A DNA stretch of 64,000 nucleotides from Candidatus Obscuribacterales bacterium (GTDB lineage Bacteria; Cyanobacteriota; Vampirovibrionia; Obscuribacterales; Obscuribacteraceae), in assembly GCA_965228855.1 (NCBI GenBank), contig CBDDIJ010000005.1:448001-512000 (forward strand), written 5' to 3'. The notes under the pieces are model-generated. The model made no database searches, had not been told where the DNA came from, and was given only the letters and a program-made list of their open reading frames with translations. Each line of letters opens with the position of its first letter. The first letter of the stretch is position 1. The position numbers and the translations under genes are program-made. Below, one piece after another: positions 39,428 to 48,475 of the stretch.

Positions 39428-41374
39428 ATGCAGATTCTTCTCGTCGATCTTAATCCTGGCAAAATTCTGCCTGTCTTTTTGAACAGTCCGGACTTTGAAC
39501 TGAGCCGCGCGACAGGGATACAAGCGGCGACAATGCGACTGGCGGCCAGACCGGCTATTGATCTGGTTCTTCTGGACCTTGATGACGAGCAGAATCCCGA
39601 CAAGAGAATGTCGATGTTCGATAGCCTGGTGGCAAACATTGACAAGCTGCCAATCATAGTTATTTCCGAATGCAGCGATTTCAAAGGCGGCATTCAGTTT
39701 CTCAAGAATGGCGCGCAGGATTATATATCGAGAACCTCAGCAAAGACCGACCTCTGCGAACGCATGCGTTTTGCGATCGAGCGAAAAAAATTCGATCTTT
39801 CAGTTCGCTCCGACGTAGACAAATCAAGACTTATGCTCGAAAAACTGGTGCAAGAGAGGACCTTAAAACTGACGCAGAGTAACGAAGAACTGCGGCAATT
39901 TGCAAAGATAGCCTCACACGATCTACAGGAGCCTCTTCGCTGCGTCGAAGGTTTCGTCGATTTATTGCGCGAAAAGACCGCAGATAAGATGGAGCCGGTT
40001 TGTCTGGAGTATATGGACTTCATTGTAGACGGTGCCCAGCGCATGCGTCATCTGATCAGCTCAGTTTTACGTCATTCGCAGATCAAAAATGATGAAGACG
40101 GCACCAACTACGACACCAACAGCAACCAGGTGCTCCAGGAAGTAATCGCGAACCTGGGCGACTTGATTGAGGATAGCCGGACTACATTCGAGACGACCAG
40201 GCTGCCGTGCGTGAGTGTAGAACACTCTCAACTCTCGCAACTCTTTCAAAACCTGATAAGCAACTCGATCAAGTATCGGCGCCGGGATGCGCCTCACATA
40301 CGGATTAGCGCAGAGAGAAGCGCCGACATGTGGTTGTTCTCATTCCACGACAACGGAATCGGAATTGATGCGGCTTACGCAGGAAAAATCTTCGATATGT
40401 TTTCACGACTTCATGCCAAGACCAAGTATCCAGGCAGTGGTATCGGACTGGCGATCTGCAAGCGCATAGTCACCTCGAATGGTGGCAGCATCTGGGTGGA
40501 GTCTAAACCAGACCACGGTTCGATCTTTCTATTCACCCTGCCGGCCGCAGGACAAACAAGGAGAAACTCAATGAAAAGCCCAATGGATATTCTGCTGGTG
40601 GAGGACACGCTATCAGATGTCCGACTGACCGAAGAGGCGTTGCAGCGCTCCAATTTGAATTACGAATTGAAAATCGTCGGAGACGGAGTCGAAGCTACTG
40701 AATACCTTTTCAAACTGAAGGAACTGACCAGGAAGTTGCCGGATATCATTCTTCTCGACCTGAATATGCCTAGAAAAAATGGCCACGAAGTTTTGAACGA
40801 GATCAAGAACGACATCATACTGAGGCAGATCCCGGTCATTCTCCTGACCGTTTCCGAAAGTGAGGATGACGTGCAGGAAGCGCTCAAACAGCGAATGAAC
40901 TACTACATGGCAAAACCGGTTAATTCCGAACGACTTTCGACACTGATACGTGCGATTCATGACCTGCAGACAAAACCAGTGGACGAGGGAACTCAATATA
41001 CCAGTTCTGAAACTCACATGCGCCTCGTTCTGGCAGGCAATCCGCACACCTCGATGGTAGCACTGCGAAAGCTCGCTGCCGATCCCAATGTTAAAGTGCG
41101 AAGTCGCGTCGCAGAAAATCCAGGCATCGCGCCGGCTTTGATTGAGAAGCTTTCCCTTGATCCGAGCGTTGAAGTTAGACTAAGCCTTTGCGAAAATCCC
41201 AGCACGCCCAGGTTGGTTCTTGAGGCGCTAGCGAGCGATTCCAGTGAAGAGGTGCGCCTCGGGCTGGCGTCAAACCCTCACCTTCCGGAAGATATATTGA
41301 ATGAATTATCGAACGACGATAATGTTTTTGTATCGTCTGCCGCACGCAATAGCCTGGCAGCTCAAGGAGTTTAA
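39428..41374 (+). CDS. Hybrid histidine kinase: atypical REC - HisKA - HATPase - REC - LRV repeats
   Basis: IASHDLQEPLR H-box, FQNLISNSIKY, DNGIGI and GSGIGLAIC motifs. Second REC is ILLVED...LLDLNMP...YMAKP, followed by 26-aa repeats. Confidence 0.92.
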   Translation: MQILLVDLNPGKILPVFLNSPDFELSRATGIQAATMRLAARPAIDLVLLDLDDEQNPDKRMSMFDSLVANIDKLPIIVISECSDFKGGIQFLKNGAQDYISRTSAKTDLCERMRFAIERKKFDLSVRSDVDKSRLMLEKLVQERTLKLTQSNEELRQFAKIASHDLQEPLRCVEGFVDLLREKTADKMEPVCLEYMDFIVDGAQRMRHLISSVLRHSQIKNDEDGTNYDTNSNQVLQEVIANLGDLIEDSRTTFETTRLPCVSVEHSQLSQLFQNLISNSIKYRRRDAPHIRISAERSADMWLFSFHDNGIGIDAAYAGKIFDMFSRLHAKTKYPGSGIGLAICKRIVTSNGGSIWVESKPDHGSIFLFTLPAAGQTRRNSMKSPMDILLVEDTLSDVRLTEEALQRSNLNYELKIVGDGVEATEYLFKLKELTRKLPDIILLDLNMPRKNGHEVLNEIKNDIILRQIPVILLTVSESEDDVQEALKQRMNYYMAKPVNSERLSTLIRAIHDLQTKPVDEGTQYTSSETHMRLVLAGNPHTSMVALRKLAADPNVKVRSRVAENPGIAPALIEKLSLDPSVEVRLSLCENPSTPRLVLEALASDSSEEVRLGLASNPHLPEDILNELSNDDNVFVSSAARNSLAAQGV

Positions 41375-41426
41375 GAACGACACCGAATACGGTGCCAACT
41401 CAAGGTGATCAGTTCGGCAAGAAAAT

Positions 41427-41726
41427 TTATTGGGCGAAGCCGAATTGGTACCATCTTCGTGTCGTCTTCTCGATGGCATCGGCCAGGCTAATCGCGAGCT
41501 TTCTGTCACCGATGGAGCGACCTTGAAGCTCAGATACGGCATTACGAGCGTCGAGCAAGCTCATCTCGACAAATGCGTATCCTAGAGACAACCCCGTCTT
41601 AGGGTGTTTCGGCATGTTCACCGAAAGAACTTGCTCCGTTCGATCTGAGAACACGCCTCTGATTTGTTCTTCCTTGGTTTCAATAGAAATATTGCCGACC
41701 AGTACACGTCCCAAAAGTTTCTGCAT
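41427..41726 (-). CDS. RRM-domain RNA-binding protein (Rbp-like)
   Basis: RNP2 VLVGNI and RNP1 LGYAFVEM motifs. Confidence 0.85.
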   Translation of the reverse strand: MQKLLGRVLVGNISIETKEEQIRGVFSDRTEQVLSVNMPKHPKTGLSLGYAFVEMSLLDARNAVSELQGRSIGDRKLAISLADAIEKTTRRWYQFGFAQ

Positions 41727-42052
41727 TGATTGTGTTTTACCTCTGCGAATTTACAAGCAAATCTCCTAAGCCGCAGCCGGAGAATTCGGACGCAGAAGAG
41801 CTTACGTGCTACTTTCCATTCTAGCAGTCGAAAGAAAGAGGTTTGGACCGTAGATTGAAGCGAGCACTTGGAAAGCCGCTTGCAGTGCAGCTTTTGACAA
41901 TGAAAAAAAATCCAGATAGGTCCGATGTCGTATTGTCGTACTCACTCGGAGCCCTAAAAAGTAGAAATAATCGCAGGTCTGACCTCTTTTCGTCATGATC
42001 GGGCAGAGCCCCGAAGAGTATCAATTATCTTTGACACATTGACGCAATTCCC

Positions 42053-42082
42053 TTGACGTAGTGCAAAGCCTGTTGATACCAT
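42053..42082 (+). promoter_or_regulatory. Sigma70-type promoter of tRNA-Lys
   Basis: TTGACG-N18-TACCAT, ending 17 nt before the tRNA. Confidence 0.55.
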
Positions 42083-42099
42083 TGCTTTCCTGGTTATGT

Positions 42100-42172
42100 G
42101 CATCCGTAGCTCAGTAGGTAGAGCACTCGGCTTTTAACCGATTGGTCCTGCGTTCGAGTCGCAGCGGATGCA
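42100..42172 (+). tRNA. tRNA-Lys (anticodon TTT), CCA not encoded
   Basis: Acceptor stem GCATCCG/CGGATGC+A, D arm GCTC/GAGC, anticodon arm TCGG-CTTTTAA-CCGA and T arm CTGCG-TTCGAGT-CGCAG. Confidence 0.97.
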
Positions 42173-42307
42173 TAATTCTTTCAACGGTCATAAAAGAGAA
42201 CAGCCCCCATACTGGGAGCTGCTGATACTTTGGTTTTCTGGTTTCAGCCGACCTGGTCAGCGCAACTTCGTGCCGAAGCTCGGAGCGGCACTACCGGCGG
42301 TTTCAGA

Positions 42308-42874
42308 TTACCAGGGGAAGTTATAGCGAGCGAACAACGGTACGCCGCCCGTAGTCAACCCCTGACGAAAGTCGATTACGCCAATCTGTACGCCGCGATC
42401 TTCAAAGGAAGTCGGATATAAATAGAGCGAAGCAGAAAACTGCGATACTCGCCCATGCTTCGTAGCGCCCGGACCAAGGTGGAAAACCACTTCGATGCCC
42501 CTTGGCGACTTGACTGGCTCTTCAAGCTCGAAATACTTTTCAAGCATCAAGTCTTCGCCATACGGCGGCGGTTCGTCAAAATCGATTGGTGAATCATGCG
42601 TGGTCCATTGCCAGAGAATCTGGTCGGAGCCCGCCTTTTTCAAATTGACGTTTAAACGTGGAAACCAGTGGTCATCACTGTCCGACTCACGAAAGACGCT
42701 CAGCCGACCGCGCGTGAGCGCCGGTCTGTCGATAAGCATCTGCCTTCCCTGTGCATCGATTTCATCCATATAAAGAAGGACTCCTTCGTCCGCCTTGCGA
42801 TTGGGTACCTGATTCTCAACAGGATAGCAGATTTGATAAATTCTCTTCGCAATCAGATTTTCTGTGATCAGCAT
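42308..42874 (-). CDS. Hypothetical protein
   Basis: 188-aa ORF that is the longest in this gap and has globular composition. No family recognised. Confidence 0.6.
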   Translation of the reverse strand: MLITENLIAKRIYQICYPVENQVPNRKADEGVLLYMDEIDAQGRQMLIDRPALTRGRLSVFRESDSDDHWFPRLNVNLKKAGSDQILWQWTTHDSPIDFDEPPPYGEDLMLEKYFELEEPVKSPRGIEVVFHLGPGATKHGRVSQFSASLYLYPTSFEDRGVQIGVIDFRQGLTTGGVPLFARYNFPW

Positions 42875-42903
42875 TGCTGAAATCTGGCAGAAATAACGGA
42901 TAA

Positions 42904-44220
42904 TTGTTAGCCATGTCTGAACTCAAATTGACATTCCCAACTCGCTATTCGATTGGCAGCGTGTACGTGGCTCCGGTTTATCAACCGGAGACTTGGGAGC
43001 TTTTACAAGTCCCTCAAGGTCTGGTAACAAAGCCGGAGAACCAGCCAATCAACTGGGATTGGCTTGACGAGGCTCGCGGGACACTTACAGTCCCGGACCG
43101 ACATAAAGTCAAATTGAAAATCAACAACAGCGCCAGCACCAGACTTGATTGCCTAATTGATTTGCCGCCTGACGCCATGCACACTCTTGACCTGAGCAGG
43201 ACTGGAGTGACGGATGAATTGCTCCTAACTATCGTTCATTTTTGCGAATTGGAAGTTCTGGAACTGGCTTACACTGCGATTTCCGACGAGGGAGCCATTA
43301 CCGTTTCCTCGCTAGACAAGTTGCACACACTTGGCTTGACCCACACAGCGCTGACAAATACAGGCCTGGCTGAAATTTGCAAGCTAACAAACTTGCGCGA
43401 ACTCTGGCTCAATGGCACGCTCATAGATGACGAAGGCATGCCGCATGTCGCGGAGCTGGAAAAACTTGTTCTACTCGGATTGAGCAGCACGCGCGTCACG
43501 AGCGAGGGCCTCGTCGAACTTTATAAGTTGAAAAACCTTCTGCGCTTATATATGTTCAACACCGCTTTAGAAGAAGAAACTGCAAACGAGTTTAGAAAAA
43601 ACTTGCAGCATTGCCGGGTGAAGTGGCGCCGCCCAGCGGCACAGCGACCGGAGTTCATGTTCGCTGATGAAGCCGATCTTTCGCTTGAAGATGAGTTCGA
43701 CGTCGAAGGTGAACTCGAAACTGTAAGTAACGGCAACAAGAAACATGTCAAACCAATGAGCGACGAGAGATTCTGGCAACTAGTCGATATGTTCGACTGG
43801 GACCATGAAGGCAACGATACTGCCGTAATCGAACCAGCAGTCGAAGCGCTTTCCGGGCTCACCGATGAAGATATTTGCGGTTTCATGGAAACTCTAGCCG
43901 GCAAGCTTTATTCGCTGGATGCTGAAAAATTCGCACGACACATAGGTCGCGAATCGTACAGAAGCAAAGACGAATACTTCTCCAAGAGCTGGTTTTTAAA
44001 CGTCCGATGCTGTGCTTGCTCGAATGGCGAGGATTTATTCGAGGACATAGTAGACACACCGGAAAACATGCCGAAGGATCTCGGATTTCGCGCTATCTGC
44101 CGAGTCGCGCCCGAAGCCTATTTCCGTAAAACCGGTCAGAAGCTGACCTACACACCGTCCAAAAATATAGAGACATTTAGCAACAGAGACGGCTGGCCCG
44201 GCTTGCTCAGCAGCCTTTAG
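42904..44220 (+). CDS. Leucine-rich repeat protein fused to a DUF4240-like domain
   Basis: About six 24-aa LRRs (LEVLELAYTAISDEG, LRELWLNGTLIDDEG) and C-terminal MSDERFWQLV...FLNVRC. Start likely ATG 42913. Confidence 0.8.
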   Translation: MLAMSELKLTFPTRYSIGSVYVAPVYQPETWELLQVPQGLVTKPENQPINWDWLDEARGTLTVPDRHKVKLKINNSASTRLDCLIDLPPDAMHTLDLSRTGVTDELLLTIVHFCELEVLELAYTAISDEGAITVSSLDKLHTLGLTHTALTNTGLAEICKLTNLRELWLNGTLIDDEGMPHVAELEKLVLLGLSSTRVTSEGLVELYKLKNLLRLYMFNTALEEETANEFRKNLQHCRVKWRRPAAQRPEFMFADEADLSLEDEFDVEGELETVSNGNKKHVKPMSDERFWQLVDMFDWDHEGNDTAVIEPAVEALSGLTDEDICGFMETLAGKLYSLDAEKFARHIGRESYRSKDEYFSKSWFLNVRCCACSNGEDLFEDIVDTPENMPKDLGFRAICRVAPEAYFRKTGQKLTYTPSKNIETFSNRDGWPGLLSSL

Positions 44221-44320
44221 ACCGGCGCGTAGAAAACGGAACGGTCCACTTAAGTGTCACCACACTTAGTGCCACGATAAGTGTTTGAAACGAATTATAG
44301 TTGGTCGAAGCAGGATAATT

Positions 44321-45235
44321 GTGGTGGCATCAAAATCGAAGGCAACAGCTAAACCTAAACCCAAGCCCAAGACTAAGAAAGCGAAGACTAAAACATTCTC
44401 TTCAACCCCGGCATCAAGGGCAACTCTTAGCTCGTTAAAACGGAAGGAAGTTCTAGAGATGCTTTCTTCCTTATCGAAGAAAGACAAGAAACTCAAAGAA
44501 TTGATCGAGCAGGTCGCCGGTGGTTTCGCCCCCAATATAGAGGAAGCAGCATCACCATTCGAAGCCATTTCGGAAGCAATAGTCTACCAACAACTCACAG
44601 GCAAAGCCGCGGCCACTATCTACGGACGGTTTAAAGCGTTGTTCAACTCGGACCAGCATCCATCGCCGCAGCAAATCTTGGAGGCACCAGAGGCGGTGCT
44701 GCGCTCGGCCGGCTTATCCGGTTCCAAAATCAAGGCTCTCAAAGATCTCGCAGAGAAGTCCCTTGCCGGGCTGATTCCATCACATCAAGAAATAGAGAAG
44801 TTGTCCGATGAGGAGATCATCGAGATTTTGACAGCGGTTAAGGGCGTGGGCACATGGACCGCCCACATGTTCCTAATGTTTCGCCTCGGACGCCTCGATG
44901 TGATGCCGTCAGGGGATTACGGCGTACGAATGGGTTACGCGATCACCTACGGCAAGCACGCAAAAGACCTTCCGACAACGACCCAACTCGAAGAACACGG
45001 AGAGCTCTGGCGTCCATTCCGCAGCGTGGGAAGCTGGTATATGTGGCGCGCGGTCGAGCTACATCGTGCCCTCAACGCAGCAACCAGAATCTCGGCACCT
45101 CCCAAGAAAAGGTTGAAAAAGTCGGAAACGGTTGAAGCGGGTAAAAAATCCATTGCGAAGAAACCGGCAGCGAAGAAACCGGTGGCTAAGAAACCTGCAA
45201 CAAAGAAATCAACTCGCGCGTCAAAAAGGCGATGA
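44321..45235 (+). CDS. AlkA-family (HhH-GPD) DNA-3-methyladenine glycosylase with Lys-rich tails
   Basis: IVYQQL, GLSGSK, VKGVGTWTA, DVMPSGDYG and WRPFRS motifs. AGGA RBS before GTG 44321. Confidence 0.9.
   Translation: MVASKSKATAKPKPKPKTKKAKTKTFSSTPASRATLSSLKRKEVLEMLSSLSKKDKKLKELIEQVAGGFAPNIEEAASPFEAISEAIVYQQLTGKAAATIYGRFKALFNSDQHPSPQQILEAPEAVLRSAGLSGSKIKALKDLAEKSLAGLIPSHQEIEKLSDEEIIEILTAVKGVGTWTAHMFLMFRLGRLDVMPSGDYGVRMGYAITYGKHAKDLPTTTQLEEHGELWRPFRSVGSWYMWRAVELHRALNAATRISAPPKKRLKKSETVEAGKKSIAKKPAAKKPVAKKPATKKSTRASKRR
45158..45208 (+). repeat. Coding 15-bp tandem repeat (KKPAA/KKPVA/KKPAT)
   Basis: AAGAAACCGGCAGCG AAGAAACCGGTGGCT AAGAAACCTGCAACA AAGAAA. Confidence 0.85.
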
Positions 45236-45364
45236 TTTATCTGCCCCCAGCCACAGCGCGAATGTGAATCGCAAGTAATATTAGAATAGAATCCCGTAAT
45301 CGACGAAATCTCTGAAGGATCTCCAGATTCCCGCGCCCCGAACGTGATAAGTTAAATAACTAAA

Positions 45365-46537
45365 ATGACTGCCCGAAAAAACCTCTCCATCACGTTGCTC
45401 ACGTTGATCTGCCTGGTCAACTTCTATTTGCCGCCCGCCGTGGCGCAAGCGGATTATGACGGCGGAGGCTCCGACGGGGCAGTGACGCAAAAGTTAGACA
45501 CCGCGTGCTTCGTGACCTGGTGGTTTCACTCCGCACTGGGATACCACCCAGCCATCTTGATGCGGGTGGAAAACGCCAGCGGACAGAGCCTGCCAGGTGT
45601 CATTCTCAAGTTTCAAGCACGCTTTACAAACTTACGGGATGGATACGTCAACGTGGCACGAGAAGAGATTCGCGCCAGTTTAGAACCGAAAAAACAATTG
45701 TATGTGTTTCTCAAAGGACCTCGCGCCTTCGAGCTTCCCATCGACCAGAGTTTATGGCCGCGCATGGAGTGCAAGGTGATGTGCCGTGTCAGCGATGGCG
45801 TAACGGATGGCGGCACCCAGACAATGCTTATCACGAAACTCGATTCAATCACAATGAGCTTCGAGGACGCCATGACGAATCTGGCAAAGCAACCGGACAT
45901 TCGGATTGGCAGGCGCAAACCGACGCCAGCCGCGGTGCCGGCACGACCGGAAAAGACCCTCGTGGCGACAACTGGTTCTCTCGCAGTCAAAGACAACAAA
46001 CCCAAACAAACCTTGTTGCAGTTTTTAGGCTCAACCTTTATTCCTGGTCTGGGTGACGACTTCTACAGCTTTGAAAAGAAGTTCGGAATACCCGCCGAGT
46101 TCGACCCGAAAACCGAATGGACCTGGGCTAGATATCAGAGCCAATCGCCGGAACTATCTATGATTGTCGGGTCGCGAGGACAGACAGGCAAAGCAGACCT
46201 GATCGTAGCGACTGTTCCACCTAGCCAGATCAAAGGCGAGGGACAAGTTACGGAACTGGCAAAAGCGATTTCAGGCAAATTCAGAAGCGAGACCACCACG
46301 CCCCCCAATCACTCGGTTCGCTATCTACCGAGCGGAAGACTGGAATTCGGCACCCTGTCAGCGAAAAACTATCGCGCCGTCTACTTCGTCCCGGGCGAAT
46401 CCGGCGGAGGAAACGGCTCGTATATCGTAGTCGTTACAAGAATGCCGGGAAACGTTCTCGAGATTTTGCGCAAGGAAGCCCCAAGAGCTAAACTATTGAA
46501 GTTTTTGCAACCCATTACCGGCGTATCTGAGACTTAA
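45365..46537 (+). CDS. Secreted hypothetical protein, two domains
   Basis: Signal peptide ending in AQA and a Pro/Ala linker between two globular regions. Confidence 0.7.
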   Translation: MTARKNLSITLLTLICLVNFYLPPAVAQADYDGGGSDGAVTQKLDTACFVTWWFHSALGYHPAILMRVENASGQSLPGVILKFQARFTNLRDGYVNVAREEIRASLEPKKQLYVFLKGPRAFELPIDQSLWPRMECKVMCRVSDGVTDGGTQTMLITKLDSITMSFEDAMTNLAKQPDIRIGRRKPTPAAVPARPEKTLVATTGSLAVKDNKPKQTLLQFLGSTFIPGLGDDFYSFEKKFGIPAEFDPKTEWTWARYQSQSPELSMIVGSRGQTGKADLIVATVPPSQIKGEGQVTELAKAISGKFRSETTTPPNHSVRYLPSGRLEFGTLSAKNYRAVYFVPGESGGGNGSYIVVVTRMPGNVLEILRKEAPRAKLLKFLQPITGVSET

Positions 46538-46746
46538 GAAATCGTTCGCACAAGGTTTGGCGCCGGCGGCTATAATGCCCACCACGTTTCTATTGCGGTT
46601 TTCCCCATCCTCTTCTGAATTGGTGGATTAACGCCGAGACCCGATGAAGCTAGAATTGCCATGGGAGTTTCATGGCAGAGGTCGGCTAAATCTAAGTTCA
46701 ACTCCCTTAGCTGCATTACATATCTGGTTATTACACGAGGTGCCCG

Positions 46747-47823
46747 ATGCCAGTAAAATTGCCTGAGAAGACAGCTCCCACAGCAGCACGTCCGGAGATA
46801 CCAAAGGTCGCAACGCCAGCTTCCATGATCGACAAGATCCCAGTCTCACTAGTTTTAATGCTCGCCTCGCCTTATCTGGCTGGAGAGTCACCGGAGCAAG
46901 CGATTCAACTCGCGCACAAACTTTTTTCCAAGGACCGATACACCTCGACGCTCGACATTCTCGGCGAAGACATGGAATCGGCCGCCGATTGCGATGCATC
47001 GGTGGAGGCGTATAAAAACCTCGTTGACTTGATCATAAGCAATCCATTGCCGGTCAACACAAGGCAAGAACAAATAACCATCTCTTTCAAACCGTCGATG
47101 TTCGCGACGAGCGCGCCGAAAGGGAATGGTTTAAGCGATCCCAACCTCGACAAATGTTTCGACCGCATCAAACAAGTTACCGACTATGCAAAACGGCTTG
47201 GCGTAAACGTCACGCTTGAAGCGGAAGATCATCGCTGGACAGATTTCCACCTGGAAACTTACTTTGAACTGGTAAATCAGGGTTACGACAACATCGGTAC
47301 GGTCATTCAGACAAGAATGTTTAGAACCGCCGATGATATCAAAAGATTTGATGACAGAATGCGAGTTCGGCTCGTATTGGGAATTTACAACGAACCAGCC
47401 GACATCGCTCACACAAGCAAACCTGTGATGAAAGATCTGGTCGTCTCATATGCGCACGAACTTTTGGCGCGCGGAACCTACGTCGAAGTCGCCACTCACG
47501 ATCTCGACTGTTTGAAGAATTTCTTCGCGAAGGTCGTTTTGAAAGAAGGCGTTTCACGCGAGAGATTTGAAACACAATATCTGCACGGAGTACCGCGCGA
47601 CGAAGTTCAGCAAGGGCTCATCACGGGAACTTACTTCAATAAAACAAACTTCCCGCAAGCAAGCACCGAGCAATTAAGCGCACTCTCGCGCAGCGGTGTG
47701 GTCGTTCGTAAATATCTTCCATTCGGAGAAGGAAAAGTAGCGGGCGCATATTGCAGAAGACGACTTAAAGAGAACCCGAATATGATCGGTTACGGCATCA
47801 AGAACTTCTTGAAGATGCAATAG
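46747..47823 (+). CDS. Monofunctional proline dehydrogenase family protein
   Basis: YLAGE, TLDILGE, GTVIQ, RVRLV, VATHD, YLPFG and YCRRRLKENP motifs. GAGGT RBS. Confidence 0.85.
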   Translation: MPVKLPEKTAPTAARPEIPKVATPASMIDKIPVSLVLMLASPYLAGESPEQAIQLAHKLFSKDRYTSTLDILGEDMESAADCDASVEAYKNLVDLIISNPLPVNTRQEQITISFKPSMFATSAPKGNGLSDPNLDKCFDRIKQVTDYAKRLGVNVTLEAEDHRWTDFHLETYFELVNQGYDNIGTVIQTRMFRTADDIKRFDDRMRVRLVLGIYNEPADIAHTSKPVMKDLVVSYAHELLARGTYVEVATHDLDCLKNFFAKVVLKEGVSRERFETQYLHGVPRDEVQQGLITGTYFNKTNFPQASTEQLSALSRSGVVVRKYLPFGEGKVAGAYCRRRLKENPNMIGYGIKNFLKMQ

Positions 47824-47871
47824 GTCCCGAGTTCGGCTCCAGTTAAAAACAGTTGCGTCTCTGGGCGAACC

Positions 47872-48384
47872 TCAATCAGTAGCGAGCAGAAGCCGCTGAG
47901 CATCTTCGATCTGAGCGATCTCGTCGTCCATAATTTGAGTAAGAAGTTCATGCTTTTGCTCGTCTTTTGCGTGCTTTCTCTCAAGCTGAATTTGACCTCG
48001 AACCACTTCTTCAACGGCGATAGCGTTGCCGATTCCATAGGCTAAGTTAGTGCCGCCCTGCACTCGAAAACGTTTATTCGCATCGAAGGTGTATCGATAG
48101 GCACCGACTGCGCCACCAATGCCGTTCACAACTTTACTGAAACCGCCACTTGCATCTGCGCCGGAATCCAGCACGTTAACGATCATTTTTTGAATTTGTG
48201 AGTTCGGAGAGCCTAGTTCGTCGCCCGGGCTCTCATCGGCTCTCGCATTACTGCATAGAGTAAACAGCGATAGCGACAACACGACGCCAACAATTGGAGA
48301 TTTGATCTTCACTTTTGGTCGCCTGACCTGTAAAACAGCTGATCCGAGGGAGCGTAGCAGAAGCCTAATTATTGATGTGTGCAA
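47872..48384 (-). CDS. Secreted hypothetical protein
   Basis: Hydrophobic signal-like stretch ending in ARA. Divergent from the two-component pair. Start uncertain. Confidence 0.55.
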   Translation of the reverse strand: MHTSIIRLLLRSLGSAVLQVRRPKVKIKSPIVGVVLSLSLFTLCSNARADESPGDELGSPNSQIQKMIVNVLDSGADASGGFSKVVNGIGGAVGAYRYTFDANKRFRVQGGTNLAYGIGNAIAVEEVVRGQIQLERKHAKDEQKHELLTQIMDDEIAQIEDAQRLLLATD

Positions 48385-48475
48385 TTTCCGTGCAACGCAA
48401 ATCAGAGCTTTTTGTGTTTAAACTCGAACGTTTCACGCGTTGCAAACTATACTGTTCAAGTCCAGTGAGGTTTAA

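Noticed and set aside
42100..44220. tRNA-Lys as an integration site for a genomic island
   Set aside because: No integrase, no duplicated tRNA 3' end seen downstream, and no obvious compositional shift.
46636..46652. GACCCGATGAAGC resembling the SAM-I riboswitch core
   Set aside because: The flanking SAM-I elements (AUC..AGAG, GCAACC, GUGC, AGAU) are not in the expected arrangement, and the downstream gene is not sulfur related.
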